This document shows positions 62,611 to 64,000 of a stretch of 64,000 bases of DNA, one piece after another (the stretch's first letter is position 1; the number at the start of each line of letters is the position of its first letter). Source of the DNA: Oscillospiraceae bacterium (lineage in GTDB: Bacteria; Bacillota; Clostridia; Oscillospirales; CAG-272). The stretch spans positions 17,668 to 81,667 of the forward strand of contig SVSM01000001.1 of the NCBI GenBank assembly GCA_015064295.1. Reading direction: 5' to 3'. Under the pieces are notes generated by a model, which saw only the letters and a list, made by a program, of their open reading frames with translations, had not been told where the DNA came from and ran no database searches. A program made the position numbers and the translations under genes.

Positions 62611-63573
62611 TCATTTCCCTGTGTTTTTCTTATTCAGCTTTTTCAGCCGCTTGGCCTCGGCTTCGGCGGCGTCGCGGGCGGCGACGGCGGCCAGCGTCTT
62701 CTTCCTTTTGTAAAGGATGGGAAGGACGATGACGGCAGCCAGAAGGAGAAGGACGGCGATCAGTACGATAACGTCCACGAAGAAGGGAACCGCGTCGCCG
62801 AACAGCATGCTGCGGCGGCTTCCGTCAAAGGTGGAACGGGTGAGGAGTGCGGTTTCGTTTTGGTAGGCGTCAACCGACGTAAGAGAGTCGAGGGAGCTGC
62901 CTGCCTTCAGTGTCATGCTATCCAGCTTCAGCAGCTTATCGGAAATGAGGGCGGGCTCCTTCGATTCGATGGTCAGATTCGAGCCCTGGAGAAGCATACT
63001 GTATGAGGAGCGGAAGGAACCGACGGCCTTCACGGTGACGTTGTTGCCGGTTCGGAGCTCCCGGGCGTTAACGGCGTAGCCATCGGTGCCGGTGACGGTG
63101 ATCTTGCCGCCCGAAAGCGCTACCTTTTGGTCGTCGGAACGAACGCCGTCGATGCCCCCCAGGATGGTATAGGTGCCATCGGTGATCGTCAGCTGGCGGT
63201 TATGGTCGGTAGCTTGGCAGAGGATTCCGTACTCACCCCCCTCAAGGGTCAGGCTGCCGCTTCCGCGGAAGATGACGTTGCCCCCGATATACAGGGCGGC
63301 TACCGAGGCCTTGATGTGGTTTTTTCCCTTCAGCACCACGGTAGCACCGTCGGGGATCTTGAAGCCGTAATCGTCGGCGGTCATGAGATTCAGGCCGTCC
63401 AGTGTCAGGGTGTCGGTCATGTTATTCCAATCAAACCCCGGTCCCTGTACGTGCTGGTTGACGTTCAGGAGGCTGACGCCGTCGGTCAAAACCGTTTTGG
63501 CCGACACGGGAAGGGGCAGAACCGTCAGGGCGATCAGCAAGAGGGGAAGAACAAAGCGTATCGATCGTTTCAT
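62611..63573 (-). CDS. Exported, C-terminally anchored repeat protein (beta-solenoid-like; carbohydrate-binding-domain-type family)
   Basis: 320 aa. Signal peptide MKRSIRFVLPLLLIALTVLPLPVSA. Repeated G-x-I/L-x-I/L rungs (GNVIFRGSGSLTLEGG, LTITDGTYTILGG, GKITVTGTDGYAV). C-terminal TM plus a Lys-rich tail. Confidence 0.6.
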   Translation of the reverse strand: MKRSIRFVLPLLLIALTVLPLPVSAKTVLTDGVSLLNVNQHVQGPGFDWNNMTDTLTLDGLNLMTADDYGFKIPDGATVVLKGKNHIKASVAALYIGGNVIFRGSGSLTLEGGEYGILCQATDHNRQLTITDGTYTILGGIDGVRSDDQKVALSGGKITVTGTDGYAVNARELRTGNNVTVKAVGSFRSSYSMLLQGSNLTIESKEPALISDKLLKLDSMTLKAGSSLDSLTSVDAYQNETALLTRSTFDGSRRSMLFGDAVPFFVDVIVLIAVLLLLAAVIVLPILYKRKKTLAAVAARDAAEAEAKRLKKLNKKNTGK

Positions 63574-63634
63574 ATCGTACTCCGTCGTTTGGTAAAAAGC
63601 GTTGCTTTCATCATATCATAAAAACGGAAAGAAA

Positions 63635-63967
63635 TCAAGTCCCATAGGAAGAAAGAAGGGCAATAAGGAGGGACGAGACAAAAAATGCGGTATAAAAAAG
63701 AAACAAACAGGGAACGGTAACCAGAAACTTAACGTGCTTGGTCTTATGACGGAAGAAGGTCATACCGAGGAGAGCGCCGATGCCGCCGCCCAAGGCGGGG
63801 AAGAGGAGCAGCGTTGCCTCGGAGATGCGATAGCGCTTGTGCCTTGCTTTGTGTTTGTCGATGCCGTAGAGACAAAAGGCGATCAGGTTCACCGCCAGTG
63901 CCGTTATAAGAAAGGGCACGGGGTGATTCAGAATCGCAGTGCCTACCGAAAGAAAAAAGGCCTTCAT
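63635..63967 (-). CDS. DUF1294-family small membrane protein
   Basis: 110 aa. LYGIDKHKARHKRYRISEATLL...GGGIGALLGMTFFRHKTKH matches the DUF1294 pattern. Confidence 0.7.
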   Translation of the reverse strand: MKAFFLSVGTAILNHPVPFLITALAVNLIAFCLYGIDKHKARHKRYRISEATLLLFPALGGGIGALLGMTFFRHKTKHVKFLVTVPCLFLFYTAFFVSSLLIALLSSYGT

Positions 63968-64000
63968 GAAACGATCTCCTTTGTGGGTATAATAGAATTG

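Overview
This is a high-GC (roughly 60% by eye, not computed) Firmicutes/Clostridia-type chromosomal segment. Spore-former hallmarks are present: a SpoVD/FtsI-type PBP with PASTA, SpoVE/FtsW, CwlD and a CotF-like protein. I can support about 60 protein genes, 3 stand-alone tRNAs (Glu-CTC, Lys-TTT, Ser-CGA), one integrase pseudogene fragment, and many sigma-A-type promoters and hairpin terminators. No rRNA, CRISPR array or intact mobile element was seen.

Layout:
- 1-8.4 kb: housekeeping genes (lepA, maf, a PPi-type phosphofructokinase, an S1-domain protein, HtrA, an SDR, an exported amidase).
- 8.4-21.9 kb: a compact dcw cluster on the minus strand (mraZ-rsmH-ftsL-PBP-murE-murF-mraY-ftsW-murG-ftsQ-ftsZ). 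It lacks murD and ftsA, and has an MraZ-box operator at its promoter.
- 21.9-22.9 kb: an AT-rich single-gene insertion encoding an orphan membrane protein.
- 22.9-31.9 kb: coaD-rsmD-uvrC, ptsH, and a tightly packed rimM-trmD-murJ-like-O-antigen-ligase-like-2xDUF4330-like operon.
- 32-45 kb: a MoxR/DUF58/DUF4129-like triad, DUF1385-prmC, pgk-tpiA, a large anchored surface protein, cwlD, radA, and a repeat-bearing lipoprotein.
- 45.4-53.8 kb: a type IV pilus/Com-like operon with pilin genes first and the ATPase last. It includes a 411-aa pilin fused to a beta-solenoid-like domain.
- 53.9-64 kb: sugar-type oxidoreductase/AraC, YjbR, an ECF S-component, an integrase relic next to tRNA-Ser, cotF-like, ldhA, feoAB, a GNAT, and surface/membrane proteins.

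The most interesting candidates are the atypical pilus operon, the murJ/ligase/DUF4330 block fused to the rimM-trmD operon, the AT-rich orphan gene, the exported amidase-signature enzyme and the tRNA-Ser relic. All family calls come from motifs read in the translations and from memory; no database search was possible.
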